From: Promethearchaeota archaeon
GTDB taxonomy: Archaea > Asgardarchaeota > Lokiarchaeia > Sigyniarchaeales > SOKP01
Assembly: GCA_048938005.1 (NCBI GenBank)
Contig: JBHLMQ010000033.1
Coordinates: 1-35,187, forward strand
DNA length: 35,187 bases
Direction of reading: 5' to 3'
Shown: piece by piece, positions 1-9,873 of the stretch
Layout: the number at the start of each line of letters is the position of its first letter
Position numbering within the stretch: the stretch's first letter is position 1
Notes under the pieces: generated by a model
What the model was told of the DNA's origin: nothing
The model's database searches: none
The model's input: only the letters and a program-made list of their open reading frames with translations
Translations under genes and position numbers: made by a program

Positions 1-378
1 AACAGCAGTACCCCAAAAAACAGCAGGAAATATTACCCAATAGAATTCTGAAAGTGTTAAGAAATTGATAATAAATAAAAGAAGCATTACAAAAGTATAA
101 GAGACTAGATGATAAATCACTCCACGTTTAGCCATTGGGTAAACACCTCTTGCATATAAAATGTATGCTAAAGCATGCATATTAAATCCTATTAACCATG
201 AAAAAAGGGGGAAAAAGAACCAATAGAACTCTGGAGTAAAGAGGAAATTTATTATAATAAGTAGTACATTGACTATAATAAAAATGGCTGCATGAATCTT
301 CACAGAAAACCTAAAATTTACTTTCTGTGCGGCAATTTTTCTTAGACTCTCTTCTGAAAATCCTGAGGTTTCATTCAT
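1..378 (-). CDS. Membrane protein with tandem 2TM-like domains (3' end runs off the window)
   Basis: Not in the ORF track. Manual translation from ATG at 378 gives MNETSGFSEESLRKIAAQKVNFRFSVKIHAAIFIIVNVLLIIINFLFTPEFYWFFFPLFSWLIGFNMHALAY...YHLVSLILFVMLLLFIINFLTLSEFYWVIFPAVFWG. The H..TM..INFL..EFYW..FP...W unit occurs twice, and the frame is open to position 1. Confidence 0.8.
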   Translation of the reverse strand, partial: MNETSGFSEESLRKIAAQKVNFRFSVKIHAAIFIIVNVLLIIINFLFTPEFYWFFFPLFSWLIGFNMHALAYILYARGVYPMAKRGVIYHLVSYTFVMLLLFIINFLTLSEFYWVIFPAVFWGTAV

Positions 379-683
379 ATTTTTAACCTATCTATCTATA
401 ATTTCTAAGAAGGATGAATTTACTTTGAATCTATAAAATTTATACTCATTTAAATATATTGTTGATTCTACATACTTATATTTTATCACTAGAAGATCAG
501 CAAGATTTATGGTTAAAATTGTAAAGTTTTTTAAGTTTTTATGAAAATTAAAGAAAGGATTTTAAATATAATACTAATTATACTCTTAACAATAAAATCA
601 ATCAATAATAGTAATAGTAGCAAAAACTATAAATATCAATTTTTGTACTTTAACAAAGTCTTGCCCCAAATTACTTCTATTGA

Positions 684-1343
684 ATGAATATGTCATCATT
701 ATCAGCATATCTAGAAAAGATTGAAAAATGGGACCACCGGGCGTTTTTAAGCATTTATCAGAGTGATTTTAGTAAGAAAACTAAGAAATTTGCAATTGTT
801 TTCAGCTTTTTTGGGTCCTTGTATTTCTGGGGGCTTTTTTGGATAATATGGTTTATTTATGGATATATTACTAAAGATTATTACCTCTTAGTTCTTTTTA
901 CCGGTGGTTTTGATCAAAGTATTATTTTGCATAGTCTTATACGTTATAAAATAATTAGAAGGAATCGTCCATTTATCACACTTCAAAAAGAAGGTGTTAA
1001 GAAACATGACGATTTTATAAGAATTCCATATTTAATGAGAGAATCAGAGAAACAATCATTCCCATCAGGGCATGTATCTTTCTTAATATTTTTTGGATTT
1101 GTTTTTGCTTATTATTTTAGCCAATTTTTTTGGATAATTTTAACAATATTTATTGGATTATCTATTATAATGGCAATTTCGCGCCTTATACTTGGATCAC
1201 ATTTCCCCATAGATGTAATTTTTGGATTTGTTTTTGGACTTTTATACGCTCTTCTGTATCTTGGATTTACATATATCTATTGGGTTAACTTCTATTATTG
1301 GCTAGGAGAAACTCTTTCACCTATTATTCACTTTTGGTTATAG
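684..1343 (+). CDS. PAP2-family membrane phosphatase
   Basis: Motifs K-x6-RP (KIIRRNRP), SFPSGH and SRxxxxxHxxxD (SRLILGSHFPID); several hydrophobic helices. Confidence 0.9.
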   Translation: MNMSSLSAYLEKIEKWDHRAFLSIYQSDFSKKTKKFAIVFSFFGSLYFWGLFWIIWFIYGYITKDYYLLVLFTGGFDQSIILHSLIRYKIIRRNRPFITLQKEGVKKHDDFIRIPYLMRESEKQSFPSGHVSFLIFFGFVFAYYFSQFFWIILTIFIGLSIIMAISRLILGSHFPIDVIFGFVFGLLYALLYLGFTYIYWVNFYYWLGETLSPIIHFWL

Positions 1344-1414
1344 AAAAAATAATGTTAAAATCGTTTTATTAAGCAAAATTTTTTTTTCCATACTTTTTTT
1401 CCATATATAACATA

Positions 1415-2743
1415 ATGCAATTGTTTAAAAGGAAGGATAATAAAAAATTTGTACCAGAGGATCATAAGTTCACTTCAGATTTCAATTCAGTGATTTTTAT
1501 AGTGGTTTGGAATTCATTAGGCTTCTTTTTTATCGAATTCATAATGGCTTATTTAATTAAACAGGTTTTAAATTATCCTGCACCAAATCTCGGTTTATTT
1601 TTTTCATTTATTACTCTTGGAGGTTTAATTAGCTCATCTTTTATTGGATATTTAACTGATCGTTTTTCTAAGCGAATTTTAATTATGATAGGTTCTTTTG
1701 GCAGAGGTTTATCTTACTTTGGACTCTATATTTCAATAATGCTATATTCTTTAATAGGAATGTATATTAGTGCATTTCTATTAGGTCTGGGAGCATATAT
1801 TTTCTGGAATCCATTGGATTCTTTAATTTCTGAAAAATCTTCAAAATATTATCGATCTTCTGCTTTTGGAAAGAGAAGATTTGCCTTAGGCATCGGAATG
1901 GTGCTTGGAACAATAATAGGATTCACTATCTTTAGTATAGCGAATATTTTTACACCATTTAATGATTTTATAATATATGGTGCAATTCCAATATATGGTA
2001 TTGCTAATTTTTACGCAGGAATCCAATTCTCGCGAAAAGTGGATGAAACAATGAAATTTGAAAATCTCCATGATAATAAAAATCCAAATACTTTAATAGA
2101 ACAAGATTTCGAACTTTCTATTAAGCTATCTAGAACAGCACAAATGAAATTTTATTTTTTAGGTATTATTTTAATATTTGCGGGTTTATCTTTAAGTGCG
2201 ATTAATGTAGGGGTATATAGACCCTATATCCAACCCTACATTATTGAAAATATTAATAGTAATCCTTCTATAGTCTCTTGGTTTTATCTTCCAACATTTA
2301 TTATTGGATCTCTTATTGCCCCAAAATTAGGGACTATAGCAGATAAAACTAATCCACTTTTAGCCATCTCAGTTGCTAGTTTTCTAGGTGGAATTATCAC
2401 TTGGTTGATTATCAATTCGGGAAACTTAGCGATTTTTAGCTTTTTACTCGTATTAGATCAAACAATTATGTTAACAACAGGTTTTGTGATGGTAAATGTT
2501 CTGAGTCGTGTTTCAGTTAAACATCGCGGAAAAATCTTCGGATTAATTACTTTTCTTGAATCTATTGGAATGATTATAGGTCCTATTTTAGGCGGAATCA
2601 TATGGGAAAGTATAAGTCCACAAGCTCCCTTTATGATTTCAATTATTGTTGAGTGGTCTTTAATACCTTTTTTTGTTATAGGGATCCATATTATCAATCC
2701 TTATATTGTTGAATCTATAGACAATAAGAAAAATTTAATATAA
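1415..2743 (+). CDS. MFS transporter
   Basis: About 12 TM segments; motif A-like GYLTDRFSKR and GTIADKTNP; HRGKIFG...GPILGG in the C-terminal half. Confidence 0.9.
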   Translation: MQLFKRKDNKKFVPEDHKFTSDFNSVIFIVVWNSLGFFFIEFIMAYLIKQVLNYPAPNLGLFFSFITLGGLISSSFIGYLTDRFSKRILIMIGSFGRGLSYFGLYISIMLYSLIGMYISAFLLGLGAYIFWNPLDSLISEKSSKYYRSSAFGKRRFALGIGMVLGTIIGFTIFSIANIFTPFNDFIIYGAIPIYGIANFYAGIQFSRKVDETMKFENLHDNKNPNTLIEQDFELSIKLSRTAQMKFYFLGIILIFAGLSLSAINVGVYRPYIQPYIIENINSNPSIVSWFYLPTFIIGSLIAPKLGTIADKTNPLLAISVASFLGGIITWLIINSGNLAIFSFLLVLDQTIMLTTGFVMVNVLSRVSVKHRGKIFGLITFLESIGMIIGPILGGIIWESISPQAPFMISIIVEWSLIPFFVIGIHIINPYIVESIDNKKNLI

Positions 2744-2758
2744 TTTAATTTAAACTTA

Positions 2759-3295
2759 TTAATACCATTCGATAAACTCGTCTAAAGAACGCCTATTTCT
2801 TTCTTTCCTGTGTACTTTTTCTCGAGCTTCATCTATGTATCCTACAGCAATAATTCCCATAAGTTCAAATTTATCCGTTGGAAATTTGAATATCTCATTT
2901 ACTTCTTCTTTTTTGTTCAAAATTTCACCAATCCAAGCAGCACCAAGATCTTCCTGAGCATGAACCCCTAAAAGGATATTTTGCATAAAAGCTCCAATCG
3001 CTTGAATATCCTTTACTCTATCGAAACCTCTTTCAAGATCTAAAAACATAACGAAATTTACATATGCATCTTCTATAATTCCACCATATTTAGTGAGCTC
3101 TGAAAGCATTCTCTTAACAGTTGGATGGGTTACTATACAAACACGCCATGGTTGGCTATTATTTCCAGAAGGTGCCCATCTCGCGCATTCTAATATATTT
3201 AAAATGGTTTCCTTATCAATCTTTTGATAAATAAAGCTTCTAATGCTTCTTCTTTTCTTAATAAATTCTAAGAAATCATTTTTAACTAGATCCAT
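2759..3295 (-). CDS. Nitroreductase-family flavoprotein
   Basis: RRSIRSF, ARWAPSGNNSQPW and LMGIIAVGY motifs. Likely start is MDLVK (ATG at 3295); the ORF track extends it to 3319. Confidence 0.9.
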   Translation of the reverse strand: MDLVKNDFLEFIKKRRSIRSFIYQKIDKETILNILECARWAPSGNNSQPWRVCIVTHPTVKRMLSELTKYGGIIEDAYVNFVMFLDLERGFDRVKDIQAIGAFMQNILLGVHAQEDLGAAWIGEILNKKEEVNEIFKFPTDKFELMGIIAVGYIDEAREKVHRKERNRRSLDEFIEWY

Positions 3296-3438
3296 ATTTA
3301 AAACATTGGTAAATATCATAATATAAATTTTTCCTAAAATACAAAGTCTTCTGGGTAATATTTAGATATTCTCTCAATATTTCTTCTATTTATGTTTAAT
3401 AGGAATTATTAATAGGGTGAATATAAGAGGTTTTAAAT

Positions 3439-3783
3439 ATGGGCAAGTTTTGGGGAAAAAAAGATGATAATGACTTATTGGGTTCTCCACAAGAAACTAT
3501 GGGCTTTTCTAAGGAATATTCTTCATTACTTCAAAATTTTATAATAAAGAAATATGATTTCTCTAATCTAGCCCAAGTAGAAGATATCAAAAAGCAATTA
3601 TTAGGAAGGAAAATTTTAATAATTAATGCGAAAGAAATCCTTAAAAATGTTGATGTTTCAGAACTTAAAAGAGGGATTGAGGATATAAAGTCATTTTTAA
3701 GGGAAAACGGGGGTAGCATGGGACGCCTTGGAGATCAATATTTAGTAATAACCCCAAATGCACATGTTAAAATAGCTAATTAA
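3439..3783 (+). CDS. sepF: Archaeal-type cell division protein SepF
   Basis: Short amphipathic N-terminus (MGKFWGKK), then ILIINA...ELKRGIEDIK...GGSMGRLGDQYLVITP...VKI, matching the archaeal SepF pattern. Confidence 0.8.
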   Translation: MGKFWGKKDDNDLLGSPQETMGFSKEYSSLLQNFIIKKYDFSNLAQVEDIKKQLLGRKILIINAKEILKNVDVSELKRGIEDIKSFLRENGGSMGRLGDQYLVITPNAHVKIAN

Positions 3784-3930
3784 AAAATATATTATATCTA
3801 TTAATTTATTATATGTATAAGTAAAGCTAAAATCGTTTTTTTTATATAATCTCCTTTTCTTCTATTCTCAACCAAGATGTTTTCATAGATATTCAATCAA
3901 ATATTAAAACAAATATATGTTTAATAAAAT

Positions 3931-5604
3931 ATGGTTGAAAAATCATATGAATGGTGGCAAAATACAGTAGTTTATCAAGTTTACCCTCGATCCTTTAAAG
4001 ATTCCACTGGAAATGGAATTGGAGATATTCCTGGTATTATTAAAAAATTAGATTACTTGAAGGAATTAGGGATAGAAACGATATGGTTTAGTCCTTTTTT
4101 TGAATCTCCTCAACAAGATCATGGTTATGATATATCGAATTTTCGTGAAATTGACCCAGTTTATGGAACTATGAGGGATTTTGATAAATTATTAAAAGAA
4201 ATCCATGAGAGAAATATGAAAATTGTTTTAGATCTTGTACTTAATCATACTTCAGATAAACATCCATGGTTCTTAGAATCCGCTTCCAGTAAAGATAATC
4301 CAAAACGAGATTGGTATATTTGGAGAAATGGGAAAAAACCTAAAGGAAAGAGGCCACCAAACAATTGGAAAACATTCTCAGGAGGTTCAGCTTGGCGTTA
4401 TTATGAAAATACGGATCAATGGGTATATTTTCATTTTCTTCCTTTCCAACCAGATTTAAATTATAGAAATCCAGATGTTAAAGAAGAAATACTCGATACT
4501 ATGCGATTTTGGTTAGATAAAGGAGTTGATGGATTTCGATTGGATATGATACATACAATATACGAGGATATTGAATTAAGAAATAATCCTTTTACTTGGA
4601 CTTTGACATTTTCTGATAAAAAATCAGCATCATGGTTTCAACTCCATAAATACGATGTAAATCTTCCTGAGACATTTGAATTTGTATTAAAATTACGACA
4701 AATAATGGAAGAATACGAACCTGAGAGATTCTTGATCGGTGAAGTTTTTGGCTTTTTAGAAGATTTAAGAAAATATTATGGATCAAATAATAATGGCCTA
4801 AATATGAGTTTTCTATTTGAGTTTACATCTGCAGTATTATCATTTAGTCCAAGAAAAATTGCTAAAATCATCTCTAAAATCGAGCAAATCTTACCTCCAC
4901 CTTATACACCAACTTATGTGCTTGGAAATCATGATCGAGACAGATATATTTCTCGCCTAAAGAATGACATTCAAAAAGCAAAAACTATTGCTACATTTCA
5001 GTTAACATTAAGAGGAGTTCCTTATATATATTATGGAGAAGAAATTGGAATGTCTGACGTGAAATTTGACTTAAAAACAAGCGAAGATCCATTAGGACGC
5101 AAACTTGCAAAATTCCCCGTTCCTCAAGTTGCGAAATTATTTAGATTTTCTTTAACAAGAGATAGATGCAGAACTCCTATGCAATGGAATGCTGATCCTA
5201 ATGCGGGATTCTCATCCAATCCTGATGCTCAGACATGGTTAAAAGTCTCAGAAAATTATAAAAAAATTAACGTTGCTAAAGAAAAGGAAGATCCTAGTTC
5301 TTTGTTAAATTGTTATAAAAGACTATTAAAAATTAGAAGAGAAAACATCGTACTACAAGAAGGAAAATTTGAGTTTATTGAACTAGGGAAATTGAGTAGG
5401 AAAAGTTTAGCTTATAAAAGAATTCATGACACACAGGAAATTTTTATCTATTTGAATTTTTCAAACAAGGAGATATTATTAAAAACTCCAGTTCAAAGAC
5501 CAAAACTAATTTTTTCGACATTATCTAATAGAACAGCTTTAAATCCAGAAATATATAATGGAAATATCAAAGTATTACCACTTGAGGGAATTATTTTTAA
5601 ATAA
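3931..5604 (+). CDS. GH13 alpha-glucosidase / oligo-1,6-glucosidase
   Basis: WW..VVYQVYPRSF, DHGYDIS, DLVLNHTS, QPDLN, GVDGFRLD (catalytic Asp), GEV (Glu), NHD (Asp), YYGEEIGM, RD.CRTPMQW. Confidence 0.95.
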   Translation: MVEKSYEWWQNTVVYQVYPRSFKDSTGNGIGDIPGIIKKLDYLKELGIETIWFSPFFESPQQDHGYDISNFREIDPVYGTMRDFDKLLKEIHERNMKIVLDLVLNHTSDKHPWFLESASSKDNPKRDWYIWRNGKKPKGKRPPNNWKTFSGGSAWRYYENTDQWVYFHFLPFQPDLNYRNPDVKEEILDTMRFWLDKGVDGFRLDMIHTIYEDIELRNNPFTWTLTFSDKKSASWFQLHKYDVNLPETFEFVLKLRQIMEEYEPERFLIGEVFGFLEDLRKYYGSNNNGLNMSFLFEFTSAVLSFSPRKIAKIISKIEQILPPPYTPTYVLGNHDRDRYISRLKNDIQKAKTIATFQLTLRGVPYIYYGEEIGMSDVKFDLKTSEDPLGRKLAKFPVPQVAKLFRFSLTRDRCRTPMQWNADPNAGFSSNPDAQTWLKVSENYKKINVAKEKEDPSSLLNCYKRLLKIRRENIVLQEGKFEFIELGKLSRKSLAYKRIHDTQEIFIYLNFSNKEILLKTPVQRPKLIFSTLSNRTALNPEIYNGNIKVLPLEGIIFK

Positions 5605-5639
5605 GCCAAGAAAAATAAAAAACTTTTAAAAAAATTAAA

Positions 5640-6899
5640 TTATCTTTTCTTTCTTTCTCTTAGAATTTCTATGAAGCTTTCTATTTTATTAAGTACTTGA
5701 GTTTCATTTAATTTTCGTGGATCATTCATATCAGCATCAATAACAAGAGTTGGAATATCCGCTTCGTCCATTAGTTTACGCTTCAAATCATACATACCGC
5801 AAGCATTTGGTCTACATGACATATTATTATGTAGTAAAACCCCATCTATTTTCCAATCTCTTACGGTTTCTTTGAATTTCTCGAATCTTGTCTCTAAATC
5901 GTATATATACCAAAAACTAAGCATTAACTCTGCCATGCATTCTACGGGATTATTAAGAACATCATTTTTTGTAACATTTGGATTTGTATATTTTGTAAAA
6001 GCATATACATAAGGTTCATAAACAATAATCGCATTCCATCGTTCGAGATTCGAAAAGAACTTCAAATTATACCAAAATGGAATCCCTTCAAACATTAATC
6101 TATAATCTTCTTGTTCTAATGCTCCAATTCCATTATCTACACGTTGTTTTGCTTCACGATACATCCGTTTATATAACTTAATAGGTGATTTTAACCCTGT
6201 CATTGTAAATAACGGAAATAATCCCCCAAATGTATCTCTTGTAGAAACAGGGCAAGGTATATTTTTTCGTAATTCAAAAACATCCTGCCATATTTTCCCC
6301 ATTTCATATGAATTTTGAGCAATTTCTTGTGCTTTCTCTTTATCGTATTCATTCCCTGTGATTTCAGTAATGAAATCTAATAATTCCCAGAGTTGTTCTC
6401 TTATATATTTTTTGAAATAATCTCGCTGCCTATTATTTGTATTACTTACTACATGAGGTACATCAATAGTGAAATGTGGAACATTAAATCTTTCTGCTTG
6501 TACTTGAAACCAATTAACATGAGTATCACATATTACGTCACTCGACATCATAAATGTTGGCTTGCGAGTTCCACCTATACTCATATCAGCTTTACTTAAC
6601 ACAGCACCTACATTTGTCTTAAAATATGAACAGAGATCATAAGAGAATCCCTCATCTTCAGCTAGTTCGATGAAATTCTGAGAGTGCTTGAGAGCTGCTG
6701 AAATCGTAGCAGAATTTTCCGGTAACATTGGTTGAACATCCATAGCATATAAAAGTTCAACGGGTGTACCTGCTGTTGCCCATGCTGTAGGTTTACCTTC
6801 CCTATAGGCTTGTTCAATTGCTAAATAATGTCTACCCATTTCATTTCGTAATTTATTCGTCGCATTTAACATTTTACCACTTTTTTTTATGTTCGACAT
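5640..6899 (-). CDS. 2-hydroxyacyl-CoA dehydratase alpha-type subunit (HgdA/FldB/BcrB family)
   Basis: PVELLYAMD, PEN, DLCSY, ICDT, IDGVLLHNNMSCRP and DADMNDPR motifs with Fe-S cysteines. Confidence 0.88.
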   Translation of the reverse strand: MSNIKKSGKMLNATNKLRNEMGRHYLAIEQAYREGKPTAWATAGTPVELLYAMDVQPMLPENSATISAALKHSQNFIELAEDEGFSYDLCSYFKTNVGAVLSKADMSIGGTRKPTFMMSSDVICDTHVNWFQVQAERFNVPHFTIDVPHVVSNTNNRQRDYFKKYIREQLWELLDFITEITGNEYDKEKAQEIAQNSYEMGKIWQDVFELRKNIPCPVSTRDTFGGLFPLFTMTGLKSPIKLYKRMYREAKQRVDNGIGALEQEDYRLMFEGIPFWYNLKFFSNLERWNAIIVYEPYVYAFTKYTNPNVTKNDVLNNPVECMAELMLSFWYIYDLETRFEKFKETVRDWKIDGVLLHNNMSCRPNACGMYDLKRKLMDEADIPTLVIDADMNDPRKLNETQVLNKIESFIEILRERKKR

Positions 6900-6914
6900 T
6901 TTTTCTTTCCTCCT

Positions 6915-7952
6915 TTATATTATTTCTGCAAATGCTTCAAATCTCGTTGCTAATTGTTTATAGGATTCTCTATTATATTCCATTTCAACAAAAAGATATG
7001 GGATTCCTAATTCTTTAAATTTTTTGTTGAAATATGGATGATCATATAAGACAGGCTCACAGAATTTTTGAGCTATGTTTATAACACCATCTACATTGTA
7101 ATTTATCGCTAAATTCTTCACTACCTCAAATCTTTCATATGAGGGAAACTTTGTGGAATAAATTGGCTTATCTAAATGATATTTCGCAAGGGCTTTGAGA
7201 GGTTCTTCATTTTCATCTACATTATTCCAAAAATATTTTGTACCTATACATAAATCATCAATAATGATGTGGAATCCAAGACTTTCGAGAAATTTAATAA
7301 ATTCTGTATCATCTATTACTGAACCCGTTAACATAACTTTTTTTAAATTCTTATCTAAATTTGGTTTCTGTATTTTTAACTCTTCGAGCTTTGATTCAAG
7401 CATTTCTAAAGCTTCATTTTTTTCTGTTTGCTGCACTTTTTTAATTAAAGTATGAAATTCAGAACCTTTTAAAATCATTTTTACTCTATATTCCGAAATC
7501 TCTCTTAATAAGTTCCTGATTCGGTTCATTTTATTTATCGCTTTACTGATTTTTTCGGATGTAATACTCACACAAAACTTTTCTTCTAATTGGTTTATCA
7601 ATTCTTTCATATCATTAATAAAAAATTTAACGGAAGTTTCATTTCGCTTTAATGGAGCGTTAAGGAAATAAAAAAATTCAAGATCTACACATTCCAGCCA
7701 AATGTCAAACTCTCGATTAGTACAATCACATCCATGAGTAGTTATCACACCTTTAATCTCAGCATTGAAACCTTCAATTGCTTGTTGAAGAATGTTTCTT
7801 GCCCAAACACAATGGTTTGGAGGGATATGTTCATTAGCTTTATCGATACCTAATGTAGGATCTCCAAATAATCGTACCGGAACTATATCAGCCGCAAGAA
7901 TAATTTCTTCAGGTGTTTCAACAGACGCATCGCAAATTGCTAACTTTTTCAT
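6915..7952 (-). CDS. 2-hydroxyacyl-CoA dehydratase beta-type subunit (HgdB/FldC/BcrC family)
   Basis: PEEIILAAD, HGCD, DDLCIG, VDGVI..QKFCEP, LATRFEAFAE. Confidence 0.88.
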   Translation of the reverse strand: MKKLAICDASVETPEEIILAADIVPVRLFGDPTLGIDKANEHIPPNHCVWARNILQQAIEGFNAEIKGVITTHGCDCTNREFDIWLECVDLEFFYFLNAPLKRNETSVKFFINDMKELINQLEEKFCVSITSEKISKAINKMNRIRNLLREISEYRVKMILKGSEFHTLIKKVQQTEKNEALEMLESKLEELKIQKPNLDKNLKKVMLTGSVIDDTEFIKFLESLGFHIIIDDLCIGTKYFWNNVDENEEPLKALAKYHLDKPIYSTKFPSYERFEVVKNLAINYNVDGVINIAQKFCEPVLYDHPYFNKKFKELGIPYLFVEMEYNRESYKQLATRFEAFAEII

Positions 7953-8087
7953 TTTTCTCTTCAGTCTAATAATTTAATATTCTAAATTCCTAATGTTATT
8001 TTAAATTCTTAAATATTTAAAAAAATATTTATTTGATCTCGTAATTAAAAACATAACTTTGAATAATTTTATGAAGAATTCATTTCA

Positions 8088-8396
8088 ATGTCGCAACCCA
8101 CAATATCACGAACTCTAAGTAAAGCTATTTTAAAAGATTCCGTTCGTATTAAATTGAAAATTTGGAATACATATTTAACTGGGAAATTGGTTAGATTTGA
8201 TAATTACATGAACCTAATAGTAAAAGATGCTAAAGAAATTTACTTTGGTCGTGGTGGAAAGCGAAGCAAGGATTTAGGAACTGTTATGATACGTGGCGCG
8301 AGTATAATTTTTATTGGGCAGGATCGGGAGAAGTTGATTCTTGCTGTAGAGGATGAGGAAAAGTTATTGCATAGGGAAGAAGTAGATGATAGTTAA
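8088..8396 (+). CDS. Sm/Lsm RNA-binding protein with an acidic C-terminal extension
   Basis: Sm1 motif GKLVRFDNYMNLIV and Sm2 motif LGTVMIRGASI; conserved archaeal linkage to rpl37e. Confidence 0.9.
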   Translation: MSQPTISRTLSKAILKDSVRIKLKIWNTYLTGKLVRFDNYMNLIVKDAKEIYFGRGGKRSKDLGTVMIRGASIIFIGQDREKLILAVEDEEKLLHREEVDDS

Positions 8397-8414
8397 AAGA
8401 AAAGAGGAGTAAAA

Positions 8415-8615
8415 ATGGGAAAGGGAACACCAAGTAAAGGAAAGAAAAATAAAGCTGCAACTCATAAAACATGTCGACGATGTGGGAATCACTCATATCA
8501 TCGCCGAAAAAGATTTTGTGCCAGCTGTGGTTTTGGAAGAACAACTAAACTCAGACAGCCTGCATGGAGAAATCGATATCGTGCTTTTAATGGAAAAAAA
8601 TCTTTTTATAAATAA
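8415..8615 (+). CDS. rpl37e: 50S ribosomal protein L37e
   Basis: MGKGTPS.GK.N...H..CRRCG..SYH.....CASCGFG zinc finger; SD GAGGAG upstream. Confidence 0.97.
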   Translation: MGKGTPSKGKKNKAATHKTCRRCGNHSYHRRKRFCASCGFGRTTKLRQPAWRNRYRAFNGKKSFYK

Positions 8616-8730
8616 ATAATTCAAGTCTAAAATTTAAAATATAATTAGCTAATTTTCTAAGTTTTTTATATTAAATTCCATTTATATCATACATCTAAAG
8701 AATTTAATTTTACTTCTATTAAGAAAAATA

Positions 8731-9105
8731 ATGAATAATCTAGAAGTAAAGAATCTAAATAAGGAACTAGAACGATTAGAATATTTTGAAGATATTGTTG
8801 GTACAGCTATAGTAAATCGGAATGGGCTATTAATTTCTTCGAGATTACCCAGAAACATTGATGAAAGAAGATTTGGAGCAATGGCAGCTAGTTGTTATTT
8901 TGGAATAGAAACAGCAGCTTCAACTATTGGAGCAAGTGAAATTAATCATCTAACAGTTGAATTTAATGAATATCAGTTAATAATAATGGAAGCAGATGAA
9001 AATTTAATTTTAGTTTCATTAGTAGATTATAATGCTAATTTAGGTTTAATTTTTATTGAAATTGAAGAGAGTATAAAAAATATAAAACAAATATTAAATA
9101 GGTGA
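8731..9105 (+). CDS. Roadblock/LC7 domain protein
   Basis: IVGTAIVNRNGLLISS, FGAMAAS, LTVEF, ANLGLIF roadblock pattern; 124 aa. Confidence 0.9.
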   Translation: MNNLEVKNLNKELERLEYFEDIVGTAIVNRNGLLISSRLPRNIDERRFGAMAASCYFGIETAASTIGASEINHLTVEFNEYQLIIMEADENLILVSLVDYNANLGLIFIEIEESIKNIKQILNR

Positions 9106-9111
9106 TTTAAT

Positions 9112-9849
9112 ATTTTAACTGAAAAACAAAAGGAAAGATATTCAAGACAAATTATATCTCCTTTAATTGGAGAAGAAGGGCAAGAAAAACTTTCTAAAAT
9201 TAAAGTATTACAAATTGGAGCAGGAGGGTTAGGTTCACCTTTTGCATTATACCTCGCAGCCGCCGGAATAAACGAATTAACTATAATTGATAATGATGTA
9301 TTAGATATCACTAATTTGCAAAGACAAATTCTTTATAATGAAACTCAAATCGGAGAAGATAAGATTAAATCTGCAAAAGAAATATTATCAAAACTTAATT
9401 CAGATGTTCAGATTAACACTTATAAGGATTATGTTGATGAGAATTCCGTAAAGAAATATTTAAAGGAAACTAAATATGATTTTATAGTTGATTGTAGTGA
9501 TAATTTTAAAACAAAATTTTTAGTGAATAAAATTGCTGTAGAGAATAATTTACGATGTGTAATTGCTGGTATAAAGGACTTTTATGGTCAAATAATGACT
9601 ATTAACCCGAGAAACACTGCGTGCTATCAATGTGTCTTCTCCCCAATAGAAACTCCTCCTGATGAAGGCCCCTTACCTGTAATTGGGGTTACTCCCGGGA
9701 TTTTAGGAACATTAGAAGCTCTAGAAGTGATAAAAACAGTTTTAGGGCTACCTAACTTGGAAAATAAGGTTCTAATGGTTAATCTAATAGATTTAAGGTT
9801 TAATATTATAGAGATTGTAAAGAATGAAAAATGTATTTGCTCGATATAG
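9112..9849 (+). CDS. ThiF/MoeB/UbaA-family E1-like activating enzyme (probable ATT start)
   Basis: The frame is open from 9106. (M)LTEKQKERYSRQI..IGEEGQEKL...LQIGAGGLGSP..YLAAAG...IIDND...TNLQRQ lies upstream of the ORF-track TTG at 9316. Also DCSDNF, CYQC and a C-terminal CIC. Confidence 0.9.
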   Translation: MLTEKQKERYSRQIISPLIGEEGQEKLSKIKVLQIGAGGLGSPFALYLAAAGINELTIIDNDVLDITNLQRQILYNETQIGEDKIKSAKEILSKLNSDVQINTYKDYVDENSVKKYLKETKYDFIVDCSDNFKTKFLVNKIAVENNLRCVIAGIKDFYGQIMTINPRNTACYQCVFSPIETPPDEGPLPVIGVTPGILGTLEALEVIKTVLGLPNLENKVLMVNLIDLRFNIIEIVKNEKCICSI

Positions 9850-9873
9850 GCAAATTAATGAAAAAGAAAATAA

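Noticed and set aside
1378-1405. Direct repeat TTTTTTTCCATA x2, and other poly-A/T runs
   Set aside because: Low-complexity sequence typical of archaeal T-rich terminators; not an array.
9103-9105. Selenocysteine readthrough of TGA fusing roadblock to the E1-like protein
   Set aside because: The TGA is not at a conserved Cys position, it forms part of an AGGTGA SD as at the other ATT-start genes, and I recognised no SECIS downstream.
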